Shown in pieces: positions 9,353 to 19,200 of a stretch of 55,660 bases of DNA. Position 1 is the stretch's first letter, and the number at the start of each line of letters is the position of its first letter. Under the pieces are notes generated by a model that had not been told where the DNA came from, searched no databases, and saw only the letters and a program-made list of their open reading frames with translations. This DNA comes from Planctomycetota bacterium (GTDB lineage Bacteria > Planctomycetota > B15-G4 > JADJEK01): positions 1 to 55,660 of the forward strand of contig JAZDLC010000258.1 in assembly GCA_043802345.1 (NCBI GenBank). Direction: 5' to 3'. Position numbers and translations under genes: made by a program.

Positions 9353-9919
9353 TCAGAACACGTCACTCAGATCGCGCACCAGCCGATCCAGGCAGTCCCT
9401 CGTGGCCAGACCGAAGGGAGAGTTCCAGTACGCCCCCGACTCCACCTGCTCGACCGTCGGAACCTCGAGCCGGTCGACTCCCGTCACCAGCGTATCCCCC
9501 CTGAGCAGCCCGTCGAGAAACACCCCCTGCCCCTGATCGAGCAACCTGTACGTCATCTCCACCACCGCCCGCCTGCGGTGGCCGATCGACTTCGCCTGCC
9601 CAAAGATCACTCCCTCCGAAGCGTCGTCATCCTGGAAGGCGACGATGGCCGTCTCAAGGTAGTACCGGGCAGCCTGCTCCTCCGCGCACGCCTCGAAGCG
9701 GCCCGTGCGTTCGAGCAACCTCTCCAGCATGGCGCGAGTCGCGTCGGTCAACTCGGCCACCACCGCGATCGGAGACTCGTTCAGCGTCTCCCGCACGATC
9801 ACGGGGGTCCGTCTCTCGATGTTCACAGGTTCGATCGGATCCGGCAAATCCCGGTCCGGTCCCATGCATCCCGAGAGCATCGTCATCAGCAGAAGTCCGA
9901 GCGGCCCGATACGCTTCAT
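9353..9919 (-). CDS. Lipoprotein, function unknown (188 aa)
   Basis: The internal ATG at 9919 gives MKRIGPLGLLLMTMLSGC with a canonical lipobox (LSGC). This ATG overlaps the tsaE stop (ATGA). The upstream part of ORF 9353..10072 lies inside tsaE. Confidence 0.65.
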   Translation of the reverse strand: MKRIGPLGLLLMTMLSGCMGPDRDLPDPIEPVNIERRTPVIVRETLNESPIAVVAELTDATRAMLERLLERTGRFEACAEEQAARYYLETAIVAFQDDDASEGVIFGQAKSIGHRRRAVVEMTYRLLDQGQGVFLDGLLRGDTLVTGVDRLEVPTVEQVESGAYWNSPFGLATRDCLDRLVRDLSDVF

Positions 9920-10395
9920 CTTGCCTCCCAGGCCGTTCTCAATTCCGAGATCCGCCGGGTCATTTCCTCTCCGCCGGGACGGAGCGTCACCCGGCGTCGT
10001 TCTCCAGGCAGGTGTTCGAGGAGGATCGTGAGATCCGGATCCTCGAACGCCCCGGGGAACCTGTCGGCCCATTCAACCGCCACCACGTGCCGAAGCTCCA
10101 GGAATTCTTCCAGGCCGTTGCGTCGAAACTCCTCCTCCTCGCGGACGAAATAGGCGTCGAAGTGGTCCAGAGGGATGCGCGGCTCCGCGTACTGCCTCAG
10201 GATGTTGTACGAGGGGGAGCGGACCTGCCGCTCGTTCCCGCCAAGACCCCGGACCAGTCCGCGCACGAAGCAGGTCTTGCCGGCGCCCAGTTCTCCCAGC
10301 AGCAGCAGCAATTCACCCCCTGAAAGGAGGGCCGCCAGCAGGCCGGCCAGCCGCTCCGTGTCGCTCCTGGAGCCGGTCTCGACCGTGAGGGTCAC
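9916..10395 (-). CDS. tsaE: tRNA t6A37 threonylcarbamoyl-adenosine biosynthesis ATPase TsaE
   Basis: 159 aa with a P-loop in typical TsaE context (LLLGELGAGKTCFVRGL) and a downstream HFDAY-type segment. The GTG start overlaps the thiL stop (GTGA). Confidence 0.85.
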   Translation of the reverse strand: MTLTVETGSRSDTERLAGLLAALLSGGELLLLLGELGAGKTCFVRGLVRGLGGNERQVRSPSYNILRQYAEPRIPLDHFDAYFVREEEEFRRNGLEEFLELRHVVAVEWADRFPGAFEDPDLTILLEHLPGERRRVTLRPGGEEMTRRISELRTAWEAR

Positions 10396-11348
10396 CGCTT
10401 GTCCCCTGCGTCGCCCGCGTCAAAGGAATGCTCGAAGCCACCGGCGGGAAGCGGCGACTCCAGGCCTTCGCGCGAGATCCGGCAACCCTGGCCCGGGTCG
10501 GTGCAGCCGCCGATGCGCGAGATCAGCGGGCCGAGATCCGGGTCCGCGAGCAGCTCGCTTGCACGGCCGGGCGGGAGGGCAAACAGGAGCTCGTAGTCCT
10601 CGCCATCAAGAAGGGCATGCAGCAGTCCCTCGCGCCCGTCCGCCCGCCCGGCCCGCGCCGCGTCCGGCGAAACAGGAATCGACTCCGCCTGAAGGACCGC
10701 GCCCACGCCGCTGGCCCGGCAGAGCCGCGGGAGGTCGGCCGCCAACCCATCCGAGAGGTCGATCATCGCGGAGGGACGATACCGTTGGTTCAGCAGCAGT
10801 CCCTCAAGGACGCGCGGCGTGAAGCTCAGGTGGTGGCCCAGCATCGACCCGCCCAGCCGCCCGGTGACGAACAGGGAATCGCCCGCGCGAGCGCCGCTTC
10901 TCCTCACGGCCGGAGCCGTCCCCGACCGGCCGGCCACCGCCACGTTCAGGACCAGCGGTCCGGGCGAGCGCTTGGTATCGCCTCCCGCCACCACGCAATC
11001 GAACGACTCCGCCAAGCCCACCAGGCCTTCGAGCAACTCCCGGCCGTCGCCCGGACCGGCGCCTCCGGGAAGGGCCACCGAGACGAAGCAGCACCACGGT
11101 TCGACCCCCATGGCCGCGATGTCGCTCAGGTTCTTGGCCATCGCCTTCCGACCGGCCCGCCGGTAGCCGCACTCCTCCAACCGGAAGTCGATTCCATCCA
11201 GGGCCATGTCGGTGGTCAGTGAGATGACGCGCCCCTCCGCGTCGAGCAGGGCCGCGTCATCGCCAATCCCCAGCAGGATGTCCGGGCCGGCCGCTTCGCG
11301 AGCGCGGGCTTCGAGCAGCCGCAGGAAATCGCTTTCGGAGAAGGACAT
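10392..11348 (-). CDS. thiL: Thiamine-monophosphate kinase
   Basis: It carries the GIGDDAALLD motif and AIR-synthase-like PurM-fold features (DIAAMG, VAGGDT). The start is taken at the internal ATG 11348 (MSFSESDFLRLLE), which abuts the upstream gene stop. The 80-codon extension to 11588 overlaps that gene. Confidence 0.85.
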   Translation of the reverse strand: MSFSESDFLRLLEARAREAAGPDILLGIGDDAALLDAEGRVISLTTDMALDGIDFRLEECGYRRAGRKAMAKNLSDIAAMGVEPWCCFVSVALPGGAGPGDGRELLEGLVGLAESFDCVVAGGDTKRSPGPLVLNVAVAGRSGTAPAVRRSGARAGDSLFVTGRLGGSMLGHHLSFTPRVLEGLLLNQRYRPSAMIDLSDGLAADLPRLCRASGVGAVLQAESIPVSPDAARAGRADGREGLLHALLDGEDYELLFALPPGRASELLADPDLGPLISRIGGCTDPGQGCRISREGLESPLPAGGFEHSFDAGDAGDKR

Positions 11349-11830
11349 CAGAAGGGAAGCACTCCGAAGACCCGGGCCAGGACCTGACCCGGCGAGAGGA
11401 TGGCACCCGCTTCCCGTCGAAGCGGATTTTCCACCAGGACCAGCAACTGCCCCTCCTGGAGCGGCAGCCGGTCGAGGACCTGGTCGGGAGCAGGATACCA
11501 GCTCTCCGTGCCCGAGCGGCGGACGCGTCCCTTGATCAGGTCGAGTTCCAGACTCTCGCCAAAGGTCGCCACCAACCGGCCGATGCATGTCACCTGCCGC
11601 TGGTCCCGGTACAGGACCGCGTCCCCGCTCCTTGGCGGACGATCCTGGCCGAACAGCCGGACCAGCAACCGGCTCCCTCCCGGATAGTCGAACAGGACCG
11701 GTTCCCCGGCGGGCACGGCGATCACCGTGATCCCGGAGAGCCCGTGCCAGAGGAGCAGCAGCACCGCCAGCAGCGCCACGATGCGGATCGGCCGGATCAG
11801 CCTTCTGGGGGAGATCCTCGGTATCCTCAA
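11348..11830 (-). CDS. Small membrane-anchored hypothetical protein (about 160 aa), possibly a degenerate S26/S24 peptidase-like barrel
   Basis: This is the in-frame part of ORF 11348..12214 downstream of thiE. The putative TTG start overlaps the thiE stop (cTTGA). It has a TM anchor (IVALLAVLLLLWHGL). Segments such as GDAVLYRD ... CIGRLVATFGESL resemble the signal-peptidase box around the catalytic Lys, but no Ser/Lys dyad is evident. Confidence 0.45.
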   Translation of the reverse strand: MRIPRISPRRLIRPIRIVALLAVLLLLWHGLSGITVIAVPAGEPVLFDYPGGSRLLVRLFGQDRPPRSGDAVLYRDQRQVTCIGRLVATFGESLELDLIKGRVRRSGTESWYPAPDQVLDRLPLQEGQLLVLVENPLRREAGAILSPGQVLARVFGVLPF

Positions 11831-12453
11831 GGGCGCGCCTCCTCCACCAGCATCCTGAGTCTGGCCGTGGCCCGGCCCGGATCGGCCGCCGCGGTCACGG
11901 CCCGCATCACCGCGACACCATCCGCGCCGGCCCGCATGGCCGCCGCCGCGTGCTTCAGTCCGATCCCGCCCAGGGCGACGACCGGCAGGCTGATCAAGGA
12001 CGCGAGCGCGCGGAACCGCTCCAGCCCCAGGGCCGGGAGCGGCTTGCTCGGCACCGCGAACAGCGGCGAGAGGGTGATGTAGTCGCACGCACCGAACCAG
12101 TCCGGATCGAGCGGATCGTGTCCGGAGAAGCCGAGCAAGGGAGCAGGCCCGACACGTTCCCGAACCCGGGCCGGCGGGTCGTCTCGAAAGCCGAGGTGCA
12201 ACCCCGAGAGACATGGGCTGGCCGCAAGCTCTTCATGTCCGCTGCAGATCAGCAGCGCGGAGGAGTCGTCCGCCCGCGGCGAGAGCGCGAGGAGCAGCGA
12301 CTCCAGCTCCTCGCGCGGCCGTGACCGCTCGCGAATCCAGAGCGCCGAAGCGCCGTTCTCCAGGCAGGCGAGGCACAGCTCCAAGAGCCGCGTGAGATCC
12401 CCTTCGCCCGGCGTGATGACCACCAGGCGAAGTCGCCCAGCGGCCCGGCTCAT
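11827..12453 (-). CDS. thiE: Thiamine-phosphate synthase
   Basis: 208 aa with ThiE-like motifs (RLVVITPG, CDYITLSPLFAVPSK, LPVVALGGI). Its ATG overlaps the upstream stop (ATGA 12450-12453). Confidence 0.8.
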   Translation of the reverse strand: MSRAAGRLRLVVITPGEGDLTRLLELCLACLENGASALWIRERSRPREELESLLLALSPRADDSSALLICSGHEELAASPCLSGLHLGFRDDPPARVRERVGPAPLLGFSGHDPLDPDWFGACDYITLSPLFAVPSKPLPALGLERFRALASLISLPVVALGGIGLKHAAAAMRAGADGVAVMRAVTAAADPGRATARLRMLVEEARP

Positions 12454-14570
12454 GTTTCTTCGATCGGGCCTGGCTCAGCCTCCGGCTGATCGACCTGCTG
12501 CCCCAATCCCTGGTCGAGAAAGAGCCCTCCCTTGGAGAGTTCCTGCTCCAACGTCGCGAGGTCGGCGCTCTCCTCCACCACGATGGCGGTGGGTGAAAGA
12601 CGTTCCGAGTTCACCTCCTTGGCGGAGAGCGCGCGCAAGACCCGGTCCATGATCTCCCGATTGCGCCCGCGCAGCACGACCATCTTCCGCGCGCTCACGA
12701 ACCGCACCTTGCCCGCCCATTCCTTGACCGAGTAGACGACATTCTGGGGGATGGTGCCCCGGGCGTTCTCCGAGAGCACTCTCAGAATCTCGGACACGTC
12801 CAGCCCCTCCGCCACCGCCTTCTCGATCGACGATGCGGTCAGGCGGTAGCGATAGACCGAGTCGGAGCTCTGCCGCTCCGCGAATCGATCCAGTCGGGTG
12901 ATCAGATCGTACGTCTCGCCCCCTTCCGGGAAGAGCAGGACCTCGAAGTCGGGGTTGACCATCAGCGGCCGGCCGGCCTGCGCCAGGTCGTCCGGAAGCG
13001 CCCGGCCGAGGGCTCTCGCGCCCAGCGGGGTCAAGCGCACGCAGACCGCCACGCTGTCCTTCACTCCCAGGTCGACCAGCCCCATCAGGTAGAGCCGGTC
13101 CCTGAGCCACTGGAACAGCCACTGCGCCAGACCCGCGGCATCTCGCATGACGGCGGTGGGCGCATACTGGTAACGGTTCTGGAAGGCGTCCCGCACATGG
13201 TCCTCTTCCAGCCGGGCAAGGTACGCGTTCCGCGCGGCGAGCGGCAGAGCCATCACATGATGGAAGGTGCCGACCTGCTGGGTGGCCAGGATCTCGAGCA
13301 ACTGATCCCGCAACCTTGGGGCGTGGAAGGAGTCGCCGTCCTTGAGCTGCTCCCGGAAGGCGAAGTCGAGCAGGACCCGGAGCTTCTTCTCCAGCTTCTC
13401 CGTCTCCCACATCCGCCCCTTGACGGTGATGTGCAGGTTGCGGTCCTTCCTGCCTTCCACCAGCTTCCTCGAGACGCAGAAGTCGTAGATGTACTGAAAG
13501 GAATCGATCCCCACCAACTCCGACTTCTTGGCCAGGATGAACTGGTCGATCAGCTTCTTCGTCACCGTGCGGTAGATCTGGCCGTTCAAGGTCAAGCGCA
13601 CGCGGTTGTGCGCCACGAACGAGAGCAGATTCGAGATGTCGGAGATCATGTCGACACCACACGTCTTGATGTCGTCGATGTCCTTCGCGGAGTCGGGCCC
13701 GACTTCCCGGCGGTGCGCGGCGACCACCTCGTCGAACAGGACGAGAGTGTCGTCAAAGTGGTTGATGCCGTACTCGCCGAGGGCCAGATGCCGGAGAGTC
13801 CCCAGATAGAGCCTCTCGATCTCGCACTTGAATCGCTTGCGATCCCATCTGGGAGCAGATCCGCGAACACGGTCGTACTGCGACTTCGGTATGAACCCGC
13901 CTGTCTCCTTCACGGACACGCCAACCGCCTGCTTCAGGTCGTCGTCCAGGAGCCCCAGGCGATGGACGATTTCGGCAGGGGTGCAGAGCAGGCGGATCGC
14001 CTCATCCAGGTCGCTCAGCGGTCTCGGTTCGGAGAGAACCTGCGACATCCGTTCCAGCTCGGCCGGACCGAGCCGTCTCAGGAAGACCCGCAGGCTGAAC
14101 ATCTCCTTCGGCGTGCTCTCGTCGTCCCAGAGGAAGGCGTGCAGCACCTCTCCCAGATCTCCTGGAATGGAGAAGGAAGTGTCGCCGTTGCGCTGGCTGC
14201 CGGGAGGATCGAGCTGGAACACGAAGCCCCGCTTCTGCAGGGCGTTGAGCGCGGCTTCCACCTCGTACTGGCTCATGTAGTTGAACAGGCGCGACCGGAC
14301 CACGTTCTCCCTGCTCACGGTGAACGCCCGATCCCGCAGCAGGAACCGGAGCAGATCGACCAGCTTCTTGGAGAGGAACTTGAGCCGCTTGCGGACCGAT
14401 TCATCATCGGTCATCTTCACGACCAGTGAGTCGATCAGCGCATCGGAAGTTTTCGGCGCGGGACTCCCGCCGTCCCAGAACGAGTAGAACTCCCGCAATT
14501 CCTCACGGGTCCGCTCCCGGAGCAGCCGCTCCAGGCTAGGGGCCCTGGGACCTCGCGTCGTGTCGCTCAT
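12450..14570 (-). CDS. XPB-associated large uncharacterised protein (helicase-associated-domain type, about 706 aa)
   Basis: Long ORF with good coding bias immediately downstream of, and overlapping, the XPB helicase gene. From memory, bacterial XPB genes (for example in actinobacteria) are followed by a protein of similar size and unknown function. I recognised no catalytic motif by eye. The start is ambiguous: ATG 14570 gives a 35-nt overlap and ATG 14612 a 77-nt overlap. Confidence 0.75.
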   Translation of the reverse strand: MSDTTRGPRAPSLERLLRERTREELREFYSFWDGGSPAPKTSDALIDSLVVKMTDDESVRKRLKFLSKKLVDLLRFLLRDRAFTVSRENVVRSRLFNYMSQYEVEAALNALQKRGFVFQLDPPGSQRNGDTSFSIPGDLGEVLHAFLWDDESTPKEMFSLRVFLRRLGPAELERMSQVLSEPRPLSDLDEAIRLLCTPAEIVHRLGLLDDDLKQAVGVSVKETGGFIPKSQYDRVRGSAPRWDRKRFKCEIERLYLGTLRHLALGEYGINHFDDTLVLFDEVVAAHRREVGPDSAKDIDDIKTCGVDMISDISNLLSFVAHNRVRLTLNGQIYRTVTKKLIDQFILAKKSELVGIDSFQYIYDFCVSRKLVEGRKDRNLHITVKGRMWETEKLEKKLRVLLDFAFREQLKDGDSFHAPRLRDQLLEILATQQVGTFHHVMALPLAARNAYLARLEEDHVRDAFQNRYQYAPTAVMRDAAGLAQWLFQWLRDRLYLMGLVDLGVKDSVAVCVRLTPLGARALGRALPDDLAQAGRPLMVNPDFEVLLFPEGGETYDLITRLDRFAERQSSDSVYRYRLTASSIEKAVAEGLDVSEILRVLSENARGTIPQNVVYSVKEWAGKVRFVSARKMVVLRGRNREIMDRVLRALSAKEVNSERLSPTAIVVEESADLATLEQELSKGGLFLDQGLGQQVDQPEAEPGPIEET

Positions 14571-16281
14571 CGTCACTCGCTTCGTTCCGCTGGATGTCCA
14601 TCTGGTCCACATCCCGGATCTCGTAGGAGTACCCCTGTTCGGTCAGGAAGAGCTGCCGGTGATTGGCGAACTCCGACTCCTTCGATTCGCAGGTAACCAG
14701 GCTGTAGAACCATGCTGGCGATCCATTCGATTTCGGCCGCAGGATGCGCCCCAGGCGCTGGGCCTCCTCCTGGCGGGACCCGAAGGTCCCGGAGACCTGA
14801 ATCGCCACGGCTGCATCTGGCAGGTCGATTGCAAAATTTCCTACCTTAGAGACCAGGAGCAGCGGAAGCTCACCTTCTCGGAACAACTTGTAGAGCCGCT
14901 CTCGCTCCCGATTCGGTGTCTTGCCGGTGATCAGTGGCGCCTTTAGCCGGATCGCAAGTTTCTCCAGTTGATCTATGTACTGTCCGATTATCAACTTCCG
15001 TTCGTCCGGATGCTGCTCGATCAGCCATTCTGCCACCGCCTCCTTGGCGGGATTCTCCGAAGCCATGCGAAACTGGGTCCGAGCCGAACTGCTCTGGTAC
15101 TCGTGCTTCATGTCGTCCGGGATCGGAATCCGAACCTCGACACAGATGGCCCGGGCGATCCAGCCCTGTCGTTCCAGGACCTTCCATGGGACATCACACT
15201 TCTTCGGCCCGATGAGGGAGAAGACTTCATCCTCTTTGTGGTCTTCCCGGACCAGCGTGGCCGTCAGTCCCAGGCGCCTGGTGGCCTGGATCTCGGCGGT
15301 CACGCGGAAGACCGGCGCCGGCAGCAGGTGGACCTCGTCGTAGATGACCAGGCCCCAGTCGTTGGCCGAGAAGAGGTTGAAGTGCACGAACGGGGTGTTC
15401 TTCTTCCTGCGGTAGGTCAGGATCTGGTACGTGGCGATGGTGACCGGCCGCACTTCCTTCGTGTCGCCGGTGTACTCGCCGATCTGGTCCTCCGGAATGT
15501 CGGTCTTGTCCAGCAGTTCCGCCCGCCACTGGCGCACGGCCACCACGTTGGTGGTGAGAATCAACGTCTGGGAGCGCACCCGGTCCATCACGCCGAGGCC
15601 GACCACCGTCTTGCCCGCTCCGCAGGGCAGCACGATCACTCCGGAGCCGCCCCGCTCTGATCCGCCGGCGTAGAACACGTCCGCGGCATCCCTCTGGTAC
15701 GGCCGCAGCCGGAACGGCTCGCCGCTGCGCATGACCTCGCGCAGTTGGAACTGGAACGGCGCCCCCGGCGCATATCCCGCGAGATCCTCCACCGGGTAGC
15801 CGATCCGGATCAGCGCCTGCTTCACCTCGCCCCGGTACTCAGGCGGAACCTCGATGCTGTCTCCCGTGGCCGGCTTGCCCAGGAGCTTGCGGATCGCCGG
15901 ACTCTTCGTGACATCGTTGAGCAGCTTCGGTTCGGTCGAGGAGAGGACGATCCGTTCTCCGATCCTCTCCAGCCGCAGCAGACCGAACTTGCGAATGTTG
16001 TCCCGCACGTCCCGGTCGATGTTCGGGGGGACCGGATAGCGCGACCGGTCCTGAAGAAAAGCGAGGATGGTGTCCGCGTCCAGGCCGGCAGCCGCGGCGT
16101 TCCAGATCGAGAGCGGAGTGATGCGGTAGGTGTGGAAGAACTCCGGCGACTTCTCCAGCTCGGCGAAGCTGGACAGAAAGTCCCGTGCCTCGGCGAACCC
16201 GGGGGCGTTCACCTCCAGCAGGACGGTGCGGTCGCCCTGGACCGTCAGAGGCTTCGCGCCGGTCTCCGGATCGTGGCTCAT
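14536..16281 (-). CDS. xpb: XPB/Ssl2 (ERCC3/Rad25)-type SF2 DNA helicase
   Basis: 581 aa. The N-terminal damage-recognition-like domain reads LLEVNAPGFAEARDFLSSFAELEKSPEFFHTYRITPLSIWNA. It has Walker A LPCGAGKT, a DEVH box (IYDEVHLLP), motif III with the XPB RED signature (GLTATLVRED), and a C-terminal RecA2 domain. Confidence 0.9.
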   Translation of the reverse strand: MSHDPETGAKPLTVQGDRTVLLEVNAPGFAEARDFLSSFAELEKSPEFFHTYRITPLSIWNAAAAGLDADTILAFLQDRSRYPVPPNIDRDVRDNIRKFGLLRLERIGERIVLSSTEPKLLNDVTKSPAIRKLLGKPATGDSIEVPPEYRGEVKQALIRIGYPVEDLAGYAPGAPFQFQLREVMRSGEPFRLRPYQRDAADVFYAGGSERGGSGVIVLPCGAGKTVVGLGVMDRVRSQTLILTTNVVAVRQWRAELLDKTDIPEDQIGEYTGDTKEVRPVTIATYQILTYRRKKNTPFVHFNLFSANDWGLVIYDEVHLLPAPVFRVTAEIQATRRLGLTATLVREDHKEDEVFSLIGPKKCDVPWKVLERQGWIARAICVEVRIPIPDDMKHEYQSSSARTQFRMASENPAKEAVAEWLIEQHPDERKLIIGQYIDQLEKLAIRLKAPLITGKTPNRERERLYKLFREGELPLLLVSKVGNFAIDLPDAAVAIQVSGTFGSRQEEAQRLGRILRPKSNGSPAWFYSLVTCESKESEFANHRQLFLTEQGYSYEIRDVDQMDIQRNEASDDERHDARSQGP

Positions 16282-19200
16282 GCGGTGTGCTCCAATTCGG
16301 ATACCGACCGGGATTTTGTCAATTCCTGCCTGAGGCGTTGCCCGGTGTGCGATGCTCCGCAGGCCGCGACATCTTCCGGAGTTCCCTGCACGACCAGCCT
16401 GCCGCCCCGGAGACCTCCTTCAGGCCCGAGGTCGATCACATGGTCCGCGCACTTCACGACGTCCGGATTGTGCTCGATCACCAGCACGGTGTTGCCGCCG
16501 TCCACCAGTCGGCCGAGCACCGCGACCAGGCGAGCCACATCATCCAGATGCAGCCCCGTGGTCGGCTCGTCGAGCAGGTAGAGCGTCTCTCCCCGGGCCG
16601 GTCCCGCCAGCTCCGAGGCCAGCTTGACTCTCTGGGCCTCGCCACCCGAGAGGGTGGTCGCGGACTGGCCCAGCCGCAGGTAGCCCAGGCCCACGTCGTC
16701 CAGAAGACGCAGCGTTCGCCGGATTCTCGGGTGGTTCCGGAAAAACTCCAGGGCCTCGCAGACCTCCATCTCCAGGACGTCCGCGATCGACTTGCCGCCA
16801 AACGTCACGCCCAGCGTCTCCCGCTCGAACCGTTTCCCCTCGCACGCCTCACAAGTCACGTAGACATCCGACAGGAAGTGCATCTCCACCTGCACCATCC
16901 CCCTTCCCTCGCACGCCTCGCACCGCCCTCCGGAGAGATTGAACGAGAAGCGTCCCTTCTGGAAGCCTCTCATGCGCGCCTCGGGCGTGGCGGCGAAGAC
17001 CTCCCGGATGCGGTCGAAGATTCCGGTGTAGGTGGCGGGATTCGAGGATGGCGTCGGCCCGAGCGGAGACTGGTCCACCACCGCGAGGTTCCGCACCCTC
17101 TCTGAAATCGAGAGGGACTGGAACGTCCCCCGCAGATCCCGGTCGCCCCGCAGCCGGCGCCGCACCGCCGGCTCGAGCAGGTCCATCACCAGCGTCGACT
17201 TGCCCGACCCGGACACGCCGGTCACGCAGGTCATGGCCCCCGCCGGGATGCTCACGTCGAGCGACCGCAGATTGTGCAGGCACGCTCCCTCCAGCCGGAT
17301 CGCGGTCTTGCTGGTGTCCCGCCGGGCCGCGGGCAGGGGGACCTGCTTCTGATTCCGCAGATACGCTCCGGTGAGGGAGCGCGGATCGTTCTCCACGTGC
17401 GAGACAGGGCCCGCGGAAACGACCTGCCCGCCCCGATGTCCAGCGCCCGGGCCGATGTCGATCAGGTAGTCCGCAGCCCGGATCACGTCCAGATCGTGCT
17501 CCACCACCAGGATCGTGTTCCCGAGCTGCTTCAGGTTCTCCAGGGTCTCGATCAGGCGCGCGGTGTCCCGGGGATGGAGGCCGATGGTCGGCTCGTCCAG
17601 CACGTACAGGACTCCCACGAGGCGGTTTCCGAGCTGGGTCGCGAGCCGCAGTCGCTGCGCTTCCCCTCCGGACAGGGTCGAGGAGCGGCGATCGAGCTGC
17701 AGGTAGTCGAGCCCGATCTCGTTCAGGACCTCGATCCGGTTCTGGATCTCCTTCAGGATCTCCCTGGCGATCTCGCCCCTGGAGCCTTCCAGCTTCAGCT
17801 CCCTGAAGAAGCGGAGCGCCTCCTCCACCGTCAGGCGGGAGAGCTCCCCAAGGGTCTTGCCGCCAAGACGGAACGAACGGGAAAGCGGATTGAGCCGCTC
17901 TCCATGGCAAGCGGGACACTCCCCCTCCACCATCAGGGGATGCAGCCGCTGGCGCCACCACCTCCCCTCGCCGGGAACCTGGTACTTCGCCTCGAACATG
18001 CCGCAGATCCCGGCCCACTTGACGTCGAACGAGTACTCCCTCCGGGAGTGGCGGGAGTTGCGCACCACCTCGACCCGGACCGGATCGGGGTGCCCCCTCA
18101 GGATGATCCGCCGGACTGCCTCCGGCAGGTCCCCAAAAGGCGCATCGAGATCGAAGTCATGCCGCTCCGCCAGGGCGCTCAAGACGCGGCTCACGCCGAA
18201 GTGACGTCTCGAGAGCGTCCGTTTCCAGGGAGCCACCAGCGCTCCCTTGAACAGGGGGCGGCCCGGATTCTCGATCAGCCGGTCCTCGTCGCAACGCTCC
18301 AGCCGTCCCAGCCCGTCGCATTCCCCGCAGGCGCCCAGATGCGAGTTGAACGAGAACAGGCGCGGGTGCGGCTCCTCGGCCAGACGAATGCCGTGCGCCG
18401 GGCAGGCCGGCTCCCTGGTGAACAGTCGCTCCTCTCCGTCCTGGTCCCTCACCAGCGCCAGGTTGTTGCCACGGCGGTACGCCTGCTCGAACGACTCCGC
18501 GAGCCTGGTCCTGGAGGAGCCGCGCACCAGGACGCGATCGACGATCAGATCGATCCGCCGGACCTCGGCGAGCCTTCTCGGCGGCGCATCCTCAAGGCGC
18601 AATTCCTCCCCATCCAGCGCGTAGCGGACGAACCCCTCCTTCAGCAGCTCCTCCCGGATCTCAAGGAAGCGGGCGGGCCGCTCCAGCGGCTGCCGGCCGC
18701 CCAGGCTCTTCCGGTAGAGGGGCGCCAGCAGATGGATCTTCCGTCCCGGGAACCGGGCGACGGTTTCCCGCGCGGCGAGACCGGGAGGCGATGCCTCCAG
18801 CACACGGCCGCACTCTGGACAGTGTGCGGTTCCCACGCGGGCGTACAAGACCCGGAGGTAGTCATGGATCTCGGTGGAAGTCGCCACGGTGGAGCGCGGG
18901 TTTTTCGAGGCCGCCCGCCGGTCGATCGCGACGGCCGGCGAGAGGCCCTCGATCAGGTCGACCGGGGCGCGGTCCATCCTGGAAAGGAAGCGCCGGGCGT
19001 AGGTCGACATCGATTCCACGAACCTGCGCTGAGCCTCGGAGAAGATGGTGTCGAAGGCCAGGGAGGTCTTGCCGGAACCGGACACGCCGGTCACCACCGT
19101 GAAGGAGCCCCTGGGAATCTCCACGTCCAGCCGCTTCAGGTTGTTCACGCTGGCCCCGACCACCCGCAACGGTACCTCTCCTCCGGGTCCGGACTCCTTC

